64,000 nt of DNA from an uncultured Gemmatimonadaceae bacterium (GTDB lineage: Bacteria; Gemmatimonadota; Gemmatimonadetes; Gemmatimonadales; Gemmatimonadaceae). Positions 10,071 to 20,221 of this stretch are shown piece by piece (the stretch's first letter is position 1; every line of letters starts with the position of its first letter). The translations under genes and the position numbers were made by a program. The notes beneath the pieces were generated by a model. It had not been told where the DNA came from. It saw only the letters and a program-made list of their open reading frames with translations, and made no database searches. The stretch is taken from assembly GCA_963761305.1 (NCBI GenBank), contig CAVXGK010000002.1:896001-960000 (forward strand). The letters are read 5' to 3'.

Positions 10071-11144
10071 TCAGCCGGCGATCGGGGAGGGCGTTCGTTG
10101 AGCTCGTGCGCGCACCAAGCCGTCGAGCACGGAATCCAAGCCTCCGACGCCGCGATCGACTTGTACATCCTGTGAAACATACCACAACGGCGGTCCAAGG
10201 CGAGGCCAACGCGCCTTCAACTTGACCGCGTCCTTGAGCGTGCACAGCACGATGTCCACGTGCCGCAAATCGCGCGCGGCCTCGGCCACCTCGCGGTCGG
10301 TGAACGCGTGGTGATCTGGAAAGACGCGCGCGTCCATGCGCGAGTCGAAGCGCGACCCCAGCCCGCGCAGTTGGGCAATGAACGCCGTCGGATCGCCGAT
10401 CGCCATCACGGCGCCGACGCGAAGACTGGCCAGCGCCGACAACGGTCGCGCGTCGGTGCGGTCCATCGCGTTCACGAGGTCGAGCAACACCATGCGCACC
10501 GACACGCGCGGCACCAGCGGCGCGATCGTCGCCAGCCGGTCGTGCACGCGATCCACCGCGTCGTCGTGTGCGGCCTTGCACGTCACGACGATCAGCGTCG
10601 CGCGTCGCACCGCGTGCAACGGTTCGCGCCACGGCCCGGCCGGCAACAAGCGCACGACGTCGGTCCATTGATCCGCGCTCACCAGCACGACGTCCACGTC
10701 GCGCTCGATGCGGCGATGCTGGAATCCATCGTCGAGTACCGCGATGTCGGCGCCGTCGGTCGCGGCGCGCTCGACCGCCGCGAGCCGGTCGCCGCCGACG
10801 ATCACCGGAATGGACCGGTTGAGCGCGCGATGCACCAGCGGCTCGTCGTCGCCGTAGCCGCGCAGCACGATCGCCGGCTTCGCGCCGCGCGCCGCCAACC
10901 CGCCGGCGATCCACGCCGCGATCGGAGTCTTCCCCGTCCCGCCGACGGTGAGGTTGCCAACGCTCACCACCGAAATCGGCGGACGGTGCGTGCGCAACCA
11001 TCCGACGTCGTACAGCGCGTCGCGCGCCGCGGCGATGCCGCCGTAGGCGAGCGACGCCGGCGTCAGCAGCGTGCGCGCCATAGCCGCCGAGTAGTCGGTG
11101 CCGTACCAGACGTGTTCCACCGTGCGGGGATCAGCCATGCGCAA
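10071..11144 (-). CDS. lpxK: Tetraacyldisaccharide 4'-kinase
   Basis: [41 protein letters not shown]. Start may be 11138. Confidence 0.95.
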   Translation of the reverse strand: MRMADPRTVEHVWYGTDYSAAMARTLLTPASLAYGGIAAARDALYDVGWLRTHRPPISVVSVGNLTVGGTGKTPIAAWIAGGLAARGAKPAIVLRGYGDDEPLVHRALNRSIPVIVGGDRLAAVERAATDGADIAVLDDGFQHRRIERDVDVVLVSADQWTDVVRLLPAGPWREPLHAVRRATLIVVTCKAAHDDAVDRVHDRLATIAPLVPRVSVRMVLLDLVNAMDRTDARPLSALASLRVGAVMAIGDPTAFIAQLRGLGSRFDSRMDARVFPDHHAFTDREVAEAARDLRHVDIVLCTLKDAVKLKARWPRLGPPLWYVSQDVQVDRGVGGLDSVLDGLVRARAQRTPSPIAG

Positions 11145-11799
11145 CCATCTCCGTCGCCGCCATCACCTCGGCCACGCGATCCACCGAGCCGGCCGCGTCG
11201 CGCGACTCGGCGGCGGCGACGAAGAATGGATCGCTGTACGCGATCGTGATTCGGCTGAACGGCTTTGGAATCTCGAATCGATCCCACGTCGAGAGACGCC
11301 ACGGCGAGTGCGCGCGGGCGATCGCCCCGACCACCGGCGCGCCCGTGCGATGCGCCACGATGGCGACGCCCGGCGCGACCGTACGCGCCGGGCCGCGCGG
11401 GCCGTCGGGCGTGACGGCGAGATCGCGGCCTTGCTCGATCACACGCGACGCCTCGAGCAGCGCCCGCGCCGCGTTCCGTGACGTCGATCCGCGCACCGTG
11501 TGAAATCCCAGACGCTCGGCGATGCGCGCGATGATCTCGCCGTCGCCGTGCTCGCTGATCATTACCGTGACGCCCTCACCGCGATGATGATACAGGAGCG
11601 CGAGCAGATGACCATGCCAGAGCGAGAATACGATCGGCAGGTGGCCGGCGCGGCGCTCGCGCACCGCGGCGTCGTGCACGACGCGAATGCGCCACGTTCC
11701 ACCGAGCAGACGGACGAGCCAGGTTCCGAGGCGCGCCAGCCGCGCGATGCGCCGCTCGGCACGGGCGTCGATCGGAGCCGGCCGGGCTTCAGCGGCCAT
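11131..11799 (-). CDS. DUF374 / lysophospholipid acyltransferase-like protein
   Basis: WHG, S.HGDGE, VRGSTSR, TPDGPRGP, WDRF.IPKPFS motifs; lies inside the lipid A operon. Confidence 0.85.
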   Translation of the reverse strand: MAAEARPAPIDARAERRIARLARLGTWLVRLLGGTWRIRVVHDAAVRERRAGHLPIVFSLWHGHLLALLYHHRGEGVTVMISEHGDGEIIARIAERLGFHTVRGSTSRNAARALLEASRVIEQGRDLAVTPDGPRGPARTVAPGVAIVAHRTGAPVVGAIARAHSPWRLSTWDRFEIPKPFSRITIAYSDPFFVAAAESRDAAGSVDRVAEVMAATEMVAHG

Positions 11800-12931
11800 C
11801 GCGGTTCCCGGTCCGATCGGCGAGAGCGAGCGCCATGTCGGCCACGCGTCCGGCGGCGCCCGGCGTTCCCAGCGAGGCGCACACGCGGGCGAGACCTTCG
11901 ACCATGGTGCGCCGCTCCGCGCTCGTGCGATCCAGCAGCGGCGCGAGAGCGTCGGCGACGGCGACGGGTTGGAACGCGTCCTGGACGAATTCCGGCGCGA
12001 GGCGTGTGCCGGCCACGACGTTTACAAGACCGATATTCGAGATCTTGACCAAGCGTCGCGCGGCCGCGTAGGTAAGTCGGCTCGTGCGATATGCCACGGC
12101 CAGCGGGCAGCCGGCGACCGCCGCTTCGAGCGTGGTCGTGCCGCTCTTGCAGAGCGCGGCGTCGGCCGCGCGTAGAATCGTGAACGATGCCGAGCGCACC
12201 GTCGGAAACGGACAACGCCGAGGCTCGAGCTCCACGTGCGGCGCCGCGCTCACGATGACCTGGAGTCTCGGATCGCGCCGCTGCAGCTCCCGCGCGGCCG
12301 CGACGAAGCCGTCCAGATGCCGGCGAATCTCCTGTGCGCGGCTTCCCGGGAACAGCGCCAGCACGGGCGCGTCGTCGCGCAGGCCAAGCGAGCGCCGCGC
12401 GTCGCACTTGTCGGGGACCTGTTCGAGTCGGTCGAGCAGCGGATGGCCGACGAACGTCGCGTCGATGTTGTGGGCGCGAAGCAGCGGCTCCTCGAACGGC
12501 AGGATCGCAGCGGCTTGCGTGACGGTGCGCGCGAGACGATCCAGGCGGTCGGCGCCCCACGCCCACACTTGCGGCGTGACGTAGTACAGCACGGGCACGC
12601 CGGCCGCTGCCGCGGCGTCGGCGACTTTCATGTTGAACGTCGGGTAATCGATGAGCACCACCAGCGCGACGTTGCCGCTCTTGATTCGCCGCTCGAGCTC
12701 ACGCAGCAGCGCCCAGTGCTTCGGCACGTGCTTGACGACCTCGACGAATCCCATCACGGCGAGCTGTTCGACGTGCTCAACCAGCTCGACGCCGGCAGCG
12801 CGCATCTCGTCGCCGCCGATGCCCGCGACGTGAAAGCGGCCGCCCGCGCCGCGCGCCGCCAACTCGCGTACGACGCGAGCGGCGTGCAAATCGCCGGAAA
12901 CTTCCCCGGCGACGAACAGAATCTCACGCAC
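11789..12931 (-). CDS. lpxB: Lipid-A-disaccharide synthase
   Basis: AGEVSGDLH, IDYPTFN, PQVWAW, FVGHPL, PGSR..E, SGT.TLE. Confidence 0.96.
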   Translation of the reverse strand: MREILFVAGEVSGDLHAARVVRELAARGAGGRFHVAGIGGDEMRAAGVELVEHVEQLAVMGFVEVVKHVPKHWALLRELERRIKSGNVALVVLIDYPTFNMKVADAAAAAGVPVLYYVTPQVWAWGADRLDRLARTVTQAAAILPFEEPLLRAHNIDATFVGHPLLDRLEQVPDKCDARRSLGLRDDAPVLALFPGSRAQEIRRHLDGFVAAARELQRRDPRLQVIVSAAPHVELEPRRCPFPTVRSASFTILRAADAALCKSGTTTLEAAVAGCPLAVAYRTSRLTYAAARRLVKISNIGLVNVVAGTRLAPEFVQDAFQPVAVADALAPLLDRTSAERRTMVEGLARVCASLGTPGAAGRVADMALALADRTGNRDGR

Positions 12932-13970
12932 GACTGCCTGCCGCTCCGGCCGCCAACGGCTGACCCGCCATGGCGAGCGGCGGCGCGCCGCCGAGTCGCG
13001 CGCCGGTTCGTTCGATGTCGTGCACGATCGACAAGGCGACGGCGAGCGCTTCCCGTCCGTCGTCGCCCGTCACCGGCGGCGGGCCGTCGCCGCCGACGGC
13101 GCGCACGAAGGCCTCGAGCTCGAGCCGCAGTGGCTCGCCGTCGGGCGCGTCGATCGCGATCCGTTCGACGTACGATTCGATCGCTTGCGCGCCGCGCGCG
13201 TCGCGCACGAGCGCCGCCAAGTCGACATCGCGCCGCAACTTGTAAATTTCGCCCGTCCCCGCCGCGAGATCGAGCGAGAGGTACCCGCTCTGCTGGAAGA
13301 TCCTCAGCTTGCGCATCCGCTCGCGCGACACTCGGCTCGCCGTGATGTTGGCGACCGCGCCGGAGTCGAACGTCAGACGCGCGTTGGCGATGTCGACGAA
13401 CGGCGTGAGCACCGGAACGCCCACCGCCGACACCGTCGACACCCCGCCGCCCACGAACGTCCGCACCAGATCGATGTCGTGGATCATGAGGTCGAGCACG
13501 ACGGCGACGTCGGAACCTCGCGGATTGAAGGGCGCGAGCCGGTCGCTCTCGATGAAACGCGGAGCCTCGACGTACGGCAGCGCGCCGCGCACGGCGCGAT
13601 TGAACCGCTCGATGTGACCCGTCTGGAGGACCGCGCCGGTGCGCCTCGCGATGGCGAGCAACGCGTCCGCTTCGTCGAGTGTCGCCGCGATCGGCTTTTC
13701 CACGAGCACGTGGAGCCCGCGCTCGAGCGCCGGCGCCGCGACGGCAAAGTGCGCCGGCGTCGGAACGGCGATCGACACGGCCTGCACCTTGTCGAGCAGC
13801 GCGTCGAGCGACGCATACGACTCGACGCCGAGCTCGGACGCGACCGTCAGCGCGCGCTCGGCGCTCGAGTCGTGGAAGCCGACGAGCTTGGCGCCCGGGA
13901 CGTCGCGAAGAATTCGCGTGTGGTGAAAGCCGAGGGCCCCCGCTCCGACCACGCCGACACGAATCGTCAT
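12924..13970 (-). CDS. Gfo/Idh/MocA oxidoreductase, GnnA-like (UDP-GlcNAc 3-dehydrogenase candidate)
   Basis: GVVGAGALG, VEKPIA, GHIERFN, DVAVVLDLMIHDID, ASRVS. Lies between lpxA and lpxB with overlapping start/stop. Confidence 0.8.
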   Translation of the reverse strand: MTIRVGVVGAGALGFHHTRILRDVPGAKLVGFHDSSAERALTVASELGVESYASLDALLDKVQAVSIAVPTPAHFAVAAPALERGLHVLVEKPIAATLDEADALLAIARRTGAVLQTGHIERFNRAVRGALPYVEAPRFIESDRLAPFNPRGSDVAVVLDLMIHDIDLVRTFVGGGVSTVSAVGVPVLTPFVDIANARLTFDSGAVANITASRVSRERMRKLRIFQQSGYLSLDLAAGTGEIYKLRRDVDLAALVRDARGAQAIESYVERIAIDAPDGEPLRLELEAFVRAVGGDGPPPVTGDDGREALAVALSIVHDIERTGARLGGAPPLAMAGQPLAAGAAGSRA

Positions 13971-14746
13971 CCGACCACCGAGCCGCGGTCGCTTCGCTCG
14001 AAGAACGCGAGGAACTCTTGAATCTCCGGATACGAGTGCAGCTCGGCCGCGGCCCGCTCGCGCGCTTGCGTGAGGTTCAGCCCCGACTTGAAGAACAGAC
14101 GGTACGCGCGCTTCAACTCGCGGCGCACTTCTTCCGGGATTCCGTTTCGCTCGAGGCCGACGCTGTTCAAGCCGTAGAGTTTGATCGGATTGCCGACGGC
14201 CTTCACGTATGGCGGAACGTCCTTCGCGACGCGCGAACAGCCGCCGATGAAGCAGAAGCCGCCGATCGTCGCGAACTGATGCACCGCGACGAGGCCGCTC
14301 AGGATGGCCTTCGAATCGATCGTGACGTGGCCGGCGAGCTGCGTTCCGTTGGAGATGATCACGCCGTCGCCGATGTGACAGTCGTGCGCCAGGTGCACGT
14401 ACGACATCAGGAAGCAGCTCTTCCCCACCGTCGTCTTGAACGACTGCGTCGTGCCGCGATTGATCGTCGTGTACTCGCGGATCACCGTGCCGTCGCCGAT
14501 CTCCACCGTCGTCGGCTCGCCCTTGTACTTGAGATCCTGCGGATCGCCGCCCAGCACCGTGCCCACGCCCACCTTCACGTCCCGGCCAAGGCAGACGTTC
14601 CGCTCGAGCACCGCGCGCGTCGCGATCACCGATCCCGCGCCGATCGTGCAGTTCTCTCCCACAATGGCGAACGGGCCGATCTCGACGTCGTCGGCGATGA
14701 CGGCGGTCGGATGTACGATCGCGCTCGGATGAATCAAATCGCTCAT
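13967..14746 (-). CDS. lpxA: Acyl-ACP--UDP-N-acetylglucosamine O-acyltransferase
   Basis: Hexapeptide repeats, PQDLKY, IREYTTINRGT, HLAHDC, LAGHV, VHQF, GLNSVGL. Confidence 0.96.
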   Translation of the reverse strand: MSDLIHPSAIVHPTAVIADDVEIGPFAIVGENCTIGAGSVIATRAVLERNVCLGRDVKVGVGTVLGGDPQDLKYKGEPTTVEIGDGTVIREYTTINRGTTQSFKTTVGKSCFLMSYVHLAHDCHIGDGVIISNGTQLAGHVTIDSKAILSGLVAVHQFATIGGFCFIGGCSRVAKDVPPYVKAVGNPIKLYGLNSVGLERNGIPEEVRRELKRAYRLFFKSGLNLTQARERAAAELHSYPEIQEFLAFFERSDRGSVVG

Positions 14747-16011
14747 TTGTCTCGCACCACCGCGCCCATTTCCGCCTCGCAGACCACCTGTCCATCGACC
14801 TTCGCGATCCCAGACATCTTGCACATCATGCCGCGCACCTGGAGCAGCTCCAGCTCGAAGCGCAGCTGGTCGCCCGGCTTCACCGGACGCCGGAACTTGA
14901 CGTTGTTGAGCGACGTGAAATACACGACCTTCGATTCCGGCTGCGGCACGGATCCCATGAGCAGCATGCCGCCGACTTGCGCCATCGCTTCGATGATCAA
15001 CACGCCGGGCATGATCGGATGCCCAGGGAAGTGTCCCTGAAAGAACGGCTCGTTGATCGTGACGTTCTTGAGTCCGACGACGCGCTTCTCGTCGATCTCG
15101 AGAATCCGGTCCACGAGAAGAAATGGATACCGGTGGGCCAACACCTTCATGATGTCGTCGATCTCGATCACGGTCTTCTCCTTCGCAGCGTCTTGCATCG
15201 CTCGCACCAGTTGAACCGTTCCGCGGTGACTCGGCTTGATCGCCGTCACCCGCGCGCGTACCCGCATCCCCGCCAGCGCGAGATCGCCCAGACAATCGAG
15301 CGCCTTGTGGCGCACGAACTCGTCGGGCCAGCGCAGTGGTGAGCCTCCCACCAGCACGGCCGTGTCGTCGAGGACGACCGCATTCTCGAGCGACGCGCCT
15401 TGAATGAGCCCCATCGAACGGAGCGCGTCCACCTCGCGCAAAAAGCCGAACGTGCGCGCCGGCCCGATTTCCGTCGCGAACGCGTCGGCCGCATGGCGGT
15501 ACGAGCAGCGCTGCACCCCGATCATCGGGTGCGGAAAGTCGATCGTCACGTCCAGCTCCAGATCCCGCGACGGCGTCACCTCGTAGCGTGACTCGCCGTC
15601 GGCGAACGACAGCGGCTTGCGCAGCGTGAGGTATCGCACTTCGCCCGCATGCTCCACCACGCCCGCCAGCGTCAGCGCGTCGACGAACGGCGCGGCGCTG
15701 CCGTCCATGATCGGCGGCTCCGGTCCGTCGAGGCGGATCTCGACGTCATCCAACCCGCAGCCGGCGACGGCCGCGAGGACGTGTTCGACCGTGTGCACCG
15801 ACACCGGATCGGCGCCGAGCTGCGTGTGGCGCTCGGTGAGCAGCGCGTGCTCGGCCAGCGCCGGGATCATCGGCGATCCTTCGAGGTCGATCCGGCGGAA
15901 CGTGATCCCGGCGCCGCTGGCAGCCGGAAAAAACTGCAGGCAGCACGGTTCCCCCAGGTGCAGCCCGACCCCGTCGAGCGACACCGGGTGAGCAATCGTG
16001 CGACGATTCAT
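14743..16011 (-). CDS. lpxC: Bifunctional LpxC/FabZ
   Basis: LpxC motifs GVGLHLG, TVEHVL, ARTFGF, HKALD, fused to FabZ motifs [30 protein letters not shown]. Confidence 0.95.
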   Translation of the reverse strand: MNRRTIAHPVSLDGVGLHLGEPCCLQFFPAASGAGITFRRIDLEGSPMIPALAEHALLTERHTQLGADPVSVHTVEHVLAAVAGCGLDDVEIRLDGPEPPIMDGSAAPFVDALTLAGVVEHAGEVRYLTLRKPLSFADGESRYEVTPSRDLELDVTIDFPHPMIGVQRCSYRHAADAFATEIGPARTFGFLREVDALRSMGLIQGASLENAVVLDDTAVLVGGSPLRWPDEFVRHKALDCLGDLALAGMRVRARVTAIKPSHRGTVQLVRAMQDAAKEKTVIEIDDIMKVLAHRYPFLLVDRILEIDEKRVVGLKNVTINEPFFQGHFPGHPIMPGVLIIEAMAQVGGMLLMGSVPQPESKVVYFTSLNNVKFRRPVKPGDQLRFELELLQVRGMMCKMSGIAKVDGQVVCEAEMGAVVRDK

Positions 16012-17087
16012 TTTGTATCGGGCGTGGACTCGAGCAGGCGCTCGATGCGGCGAAGAAGGCTGGGAAGTTTGAAGAGCGCGGCCTGGGCCCGCAGCGCCTC
16101 TTTGTGGGGGCGCGCCGGATACCCGGACCACGTTTCACCGGCAGGAATATCGCCAAAGACACCGGCTTGCGCAGCAAGCCGGGACCCCGCCCCGATCGTA
16201 TGGTGCCCCGACACGCCGACCTGCCCTAGCAGCATCGCGCCGTCCTCCACACGCACAGACCCGGCGATGCCCACTTGCGCCATGATGAGACACAACTTCC
16301 CGATCCGCACGTTGTGCGCGATCTGCACCAGGTTGTCGATCTTCGTCCCCGCGCCCACGACGGTGTCGTCGATGCTGCCGCGATCGATCGTCGAGTTGGC
16401 CCCGATCTCGACGTCGTCCTCGATGATGCAGCGGCCAACGTGCGGAATCTTGAGATGCTTGCCGTCGCGCTGCACGTAGCCGAATCCGTCCGACCCGATG
16501 CGCGCGCCGGAGTGGACGATCACCCGTCGCCCGATGTGCGAGCCGCTGTAGACGGTGACGCTGGGATAGAGACGCGAATCGTCGTCGATCTCCACACCCT
16601 CTCCGACCACACAGTGCGCGCCGACGACGACGTTGTCGCCGAGCACGACGCGGTCGCCGATCACGGCGTACGGCCCGAGAGAGAGGTTGCGTCCGAGTCG
16701 CGCGCCGCGCCCGATGATCGCCGTCTGGTGCACGCCTGCCGCGCCCTCGGCGCGACGATGGAAGCGCGGGAGGAGCGACAGCAGCGCCTCCAGCGGCCGG
16801 TCAACCACGACTCGACTCGGCGCCTGTCCAGGCGACTTCGCGAGCTCCGGCGACACAAGCACCACGCCGGCCCGCGACGTCGCGAACACCGGCGCGTATT
16901 TGGCCGTGCCGAAGAAACTCAGATCTGTCGGAGACGCGCGGTCCAGCGGGGCCACACTGGCGATCGAGACTGCCGGGTCGCCGACCAAGCGCCCGCCAAC
17001 GGCTTCCGCAATAGCCGCGGCGGTGAGGACGAAACCGCCCTCACCGCCGTTGGACTTGCTCGAAGACGCTGGCGCGTCGGCCGTCAC
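16008..17087 (-). CDS. lpxD: UDP-3-O-(3-hydroxyacyl)glucosamine N-acyltransferase
   Basis: [32 protein letters not shown] and hexapeptide repeats. Confidence 0.96.
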   Translation of the reverse strand: MTADAPASSSKSNGGEGGFVLTAAAIAEAVGGRLVGDPAVSIASVAPLDRASPTDLSFFGTAKYAPVFATSRAGVVLVSPELAKSPGQAPSRVVVDRPLEALLSLLPRFHRRAEGAAGVHQTAIIGRGARLGRNLSLGPYAVIGDRVVLGDNVVVGAHCVVGEGVEIDDDSRLYPSVTVYSGSHIGRRVIVHSGARIGSDGFGYVQRDGKHLKIPHVGRCIIEDDVEIGANSTIDRGSIDDTVVGAGTKIDNLVQIAHNVRIGKLCLIMAQVGIAGSVRVEDGAMLLGQVGVSGHHTIGAGSRLAAQAGVFGDIPAGETWSGYPARPHKEALRAQAALFKLPSLLRRIERLLESTPDTK

Positions 17088-17698
17088 TGCGTCGGCGGCT
17101 TCGGCCTCGTCACGCCAGCCGGCGCCGTTGGCGCGCCGCCCTTCGGGGCCGTGACAGGAATCGTCGGGGCCTTCGACGCGCGAAGCCGCGAGATCGCCTT
17201 GTCCGTGATGTCGAGGTTCTTGTCCGCCGAGACGATCGGCGTTGAGCCAGGATCGTTCATCAGGATCAGCGAGTAGTTGCCTTCTTCGCGGAGGTCGTCG
17301 AGCACCTTTTTCACCAAGTCGGTGATCGGTGCGAGGACCTCCTGCTTTCGCTGGTCGTACTGCTGCTGGAACGCCTGGTTCTTGCTCTGGAGCTCCTGCT
17401 CGAGGGCTTGGATCGCCTTCGTCGCTTTGTCCTTGTTCGCGGGAGTGAGCGTGGGCTCCTCCTTGTTGAACTTGGAGAGCATCGCATTCACCGAGTCCTG
17501 CAACTTCTGAAGCTGACCCTGGAAGACGTTGCCTTCCCGCGTCAGGATGGCCGTCGCCGAATCACGTCCTGGCGCCGCTTCCATGAGAGCTTGCGTGTTG
17601 ACGTAGGCGATCTTCATCGCCCCCTGCGCCTGGATCGCCGCGACGCCGCCAACCGTTGGAACGAGCGCGATCAGCGTCGCGCGGACGAACGAGTGCAT
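17084..17698 (-). CDS. skp: Periplasmic chaperone Skp/OmpH
   Basis: Signal peptide, KIAYVN, coiled coil, DITDK; sits between bamA and lpxD. Confidence 0.88.
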   Translation of the reverse strand: MHSFVRATLIALVPTVGGVAAIQAQGAMKIAYVNTQALMEAAPGRDSATAILTREGNVFQGQLQKLQDSVNAMLSKFNKEEPTLTPANKDKATKAIQALEQELQSKNQAFQQQYDQRKQEVLAPITDLVKKVLDDLREEGNYSLILMNDPGSTPIVSADKNLDITDKAISRLRASKAPTIPVTAPKGGAPTAPAGVTRPKPPTQ

Positions 17699-17711
17699 TG
17701 GTAACTCCGCT

Positions 17712-20141
17712 TTAGAAGATATTGCCGAACTTGAAGTGCACCTGCCAACCCGGATCCGGCTGGCCAAGCGAATTGACTTTGTCGAACCCGTATCCCAAAT
17801 CGACCCCGAGAGGCCCGAGCGGGGTCACCAGTGAGGCGCCGAACCCGGCCCCACGAAACAGCTGGGTGGGGTCGAAGTCGCGCGGACGCTCCCAGAGGTT
17901 CCCGGCGTCGTAGAATGAGTCGATGTACAGCTGAGAACTTACGCGGATCCCGAGCTCGGCCGTTGTACGGAAGAATGCGTTGCCGAACGACGCCCGCTGG
18001 GCCTGGAGCTGGTCCGCGTTGGCGATGTACCCGAGCGGCGTGATCGAGAACTCGGGATAGCCCCGCAGCGGTTCGCCGTACTGCACGCCGCCCATCGTGA
18101 ACGCCTGCGACACGAAGAACGGGCCCGGGTCGCCGAAGACCGCCCCTGCCCGCGCCGTCAACCCGAAAATGAGCTGCGCCGGTTCGGCCCCGATCGCCTT
18201 GCCCAGCGTCGCGATCGGCGTGTAGGCGTGCATCTCCGTCGTCATGCGCTGGAAATTCGCCGTGCCTCCCAGCGGACCGCCGTTGAGCTGCAGCGACACG
18301 TTCTCGTGGACACCGGCCACCGGGAACGGCATACCGAGCCGTGTATCGTGGTCGAGCTGGAAGCCGAGCGTCGAGCGGAAGCAGCCGTTGCACTGGATCG
18401 TGGCCACCAGGCCGTCGGCGCCGTATTTCACCTTCTCCCCGCCGTAGCTGGCGTAGAAGCGGGTGGACCGCGAGTTGAACACGGGGAAGCCGAACTGCAA
18501 CTGGCCGCCGGTCGTGGTCGACTGGCCGATGTCCTGGATGACGAAGCGCGACTGCTGGTGATAGGCCGAAATCGTCCCCGACACGTTCGACTGTTTGATG
18601 CGGGGATCGCTGTAGCTCATCGTGAAATCTTTGATGTACTGCCCGAACTGCCATTGCAGCGAGCCGCGCTTGCACTCGCCGAACAGGTTCGGCTGGTCGA
18701 AACCGATGAACCCACCCACGCCGGTCCCCTGACCCACCGACGCGCCGAAGTTCACGTTGCCCGTGCGCTTCTCCTTCACGTGGAAGATGAGGTCGATGTC
18801 GCCTTTGTCGTTCACCGGTCGGGTCTCGGGCGTCGGCATGTCCTGCTCGAAGAACCCGAGGTTGGCGATGTTGCGATAGCTGTCAATGAAGCGCTGCTTG
18901 TTGAAGACGTCGCCCGGCACCACGAACAGCTGGTCGCGGATGCACGTCTCGGTCGTCACGTCGTTGCCGAGGATGTCGACGCGGTTGATGATCGCCGGTG
19001 TTCGCTCGTCGACCTCCCACCGCAAGTCGACCGTGGGCACCGAATCCGGTCCGACCTTGCGACGCTCGACGACCGGCGCGATGGTCGCGTAGATGTAGCC
19101 CTGGTCTTCGTAGGCGTCGCGAACCTTGTCGGTCGCCGCGTCCCAAGCCCCTTGGTCGAACACGCCTTCCGGTGCGGCGCCGCGGCCGATGATTCCCTTC
19201 ACCGCCTGGCCCATCGTCTTGCTCTTCGGTCCGAACGGATAGAACGTCGCGATCTGTTCGTTCGAGAAGATCTTCGCGCCGTTCACCTCGAAACTGCCGA
19301 TGCGGTACTGCTGGCCTTCCTGGATGGTGAGACGAACGAGCGCCTTGCCTTGCTTCCGGTCGACGATGAGCGTGTCCTTCACGACCTGTGCGTCGATGAA
19401 TCCGCGCGACGCGTAGAGCTCCGGGATCGACTTGGAAATGTCCTCGTTGAACTTGTCCTCGTCGAACTCACCCTTGTTCCACCAGAAGAAGCCCTCTGGA
19501 CTGGTGGACATCGCACCCACGATCTGTTTGGCGGTGAGCGCCTTGTTGCCTTCGACCTGGACGCCCGAGATCGCGAGACGCCGGCCTTCGTCGACGCGGA
19601 AGACGAGCGTCGTGGCCGCGCCGTCCTTCACCGTGTCGACCGTCACCTTCGCCAGGAAGTAGCCTTCCGCCTGATACAGCGAATCGATTCGCGACACATC
19701 CTTCGCGACCTGCGCCGGATTGATCGGCTTGCCGATCAGCAGGTCAACTCGGTCTTTGACCGACGACGGCGACACCTTGCTTGGCCCGACGACCGACACT
19801 TCGCTGAGAATGCGACGCTCGGTCAAGTTGAACACCAACACATTCTTGCCGGCGATCACCTCGCACGTCGCGTTGGCGTTGGGCTCGAAGTTGTTGGTGG
19901 CGTAGATGTTCTTGAGCGCCTGAGTGACGATCCGTCCGCTGATCGTGGACTTGGGCGTGATGCCGATGTCCGCGCGCACATCCCCCTCGGGGATCCGCGA
20001 CAGTCCTCGGAACGCGACGCTGTCGGGCGTCGCACAAGGCCCCGACGCGGCGGCCTGGGAGGACTGTTGGGCGCCAAGCTGGTGGGCCGAAATGGCCACG
20101 ACCACGCCGACGGAAGCGGTTAGGAAGCGCGCAGGTCGCAT
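17712..20141 (-). CDS. bamA: Outer membrane protein assembly factor BamA
   Basis: POTRA repeats (GNDVTTE..IR, LGFFE), LRGY motif, TPLGPLG.D.GYG and C-terminal F.FG.IF. Confidence 0.95.
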   Translation of the reverse strand: MRPARFLTASVGVVVAISAHQLGAQQSSQAAASGPCATPDSVAFRGLSRIPEGDVRADIGITPKSTISGRIVTQALKNIYATNNFEPNANATCEVIAGKNVLVFNLTERRILSEVSVVGPSKVSPSSVKDRVDLLIGKPINPAQVAKDVSRIDSLYQAEGYFLAKVTVDTVKDGAATTLVFRVDEGRRLAISGVQVEGNKALTAKQIVGAMSTSPEGFFWWNKGEFDEDKFNEDISKSIPELYASRGFIDAQVVKDTLIVDRKQGKALVRLTIQEGQQYRIGSFEVNGAKIFSNEQIATFYPFGPKSKTMGQAVKGIIGRGAAPEGVFDQGAWDAATDKVRDAYEDQGYIYATIAPVVERRKVGPDSVPTVDLRWEVDERTPAIINRVDILGNDVTTETCIRDQLFVVPGDVFNKQRFIDSYRNIANLGFFEQDMPTPETRPVNDKGDIDLIFHVKEKRTGNVNFGASVGQGTGVGGFIGFDQPNLFGECKRGSLQWQFGQYIKDFTMSYSDPRIKQSNVSGTISAYHQQSRFVIQDIGQSTTTGGQLQFGFPVFNSRSTRFYASYGGEKVKYGADGLVATIQCNGCFRSTLGFQLDHDTRLGMPFPVAGVHENVSLQLNGGPLGGTANFQRMTTEMHAYTPIATLGKAIGAEPAQLIFGLTARAGAVFGDPGPFFVSQAFTMGGVQYGEPLRGYPEFSITPLGYIANADQLQAQRASFGNAFFRTTAELGIRVSSQLYIDSFYDAGNLWERPRDFDPTQLFRGAGFGASLVTPLGPLGVDLGYGFDKVNSLGQPDPGWQVHFKFGNIF

Positions 20142-20221
20142 AATCCCGCAATATACACAAAAAACACCCGGCCAGATCCCGCAAATAGCGGGCTCCAGCC
20201 GGGTCTAACGCTTCAAAATCT

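Noticed and set aside
14743..16011. LpxC-FabZ fusion as a novelty
   Set aside because: This fusion is well known in Bacteroidota/Chlorobi and related lineages.
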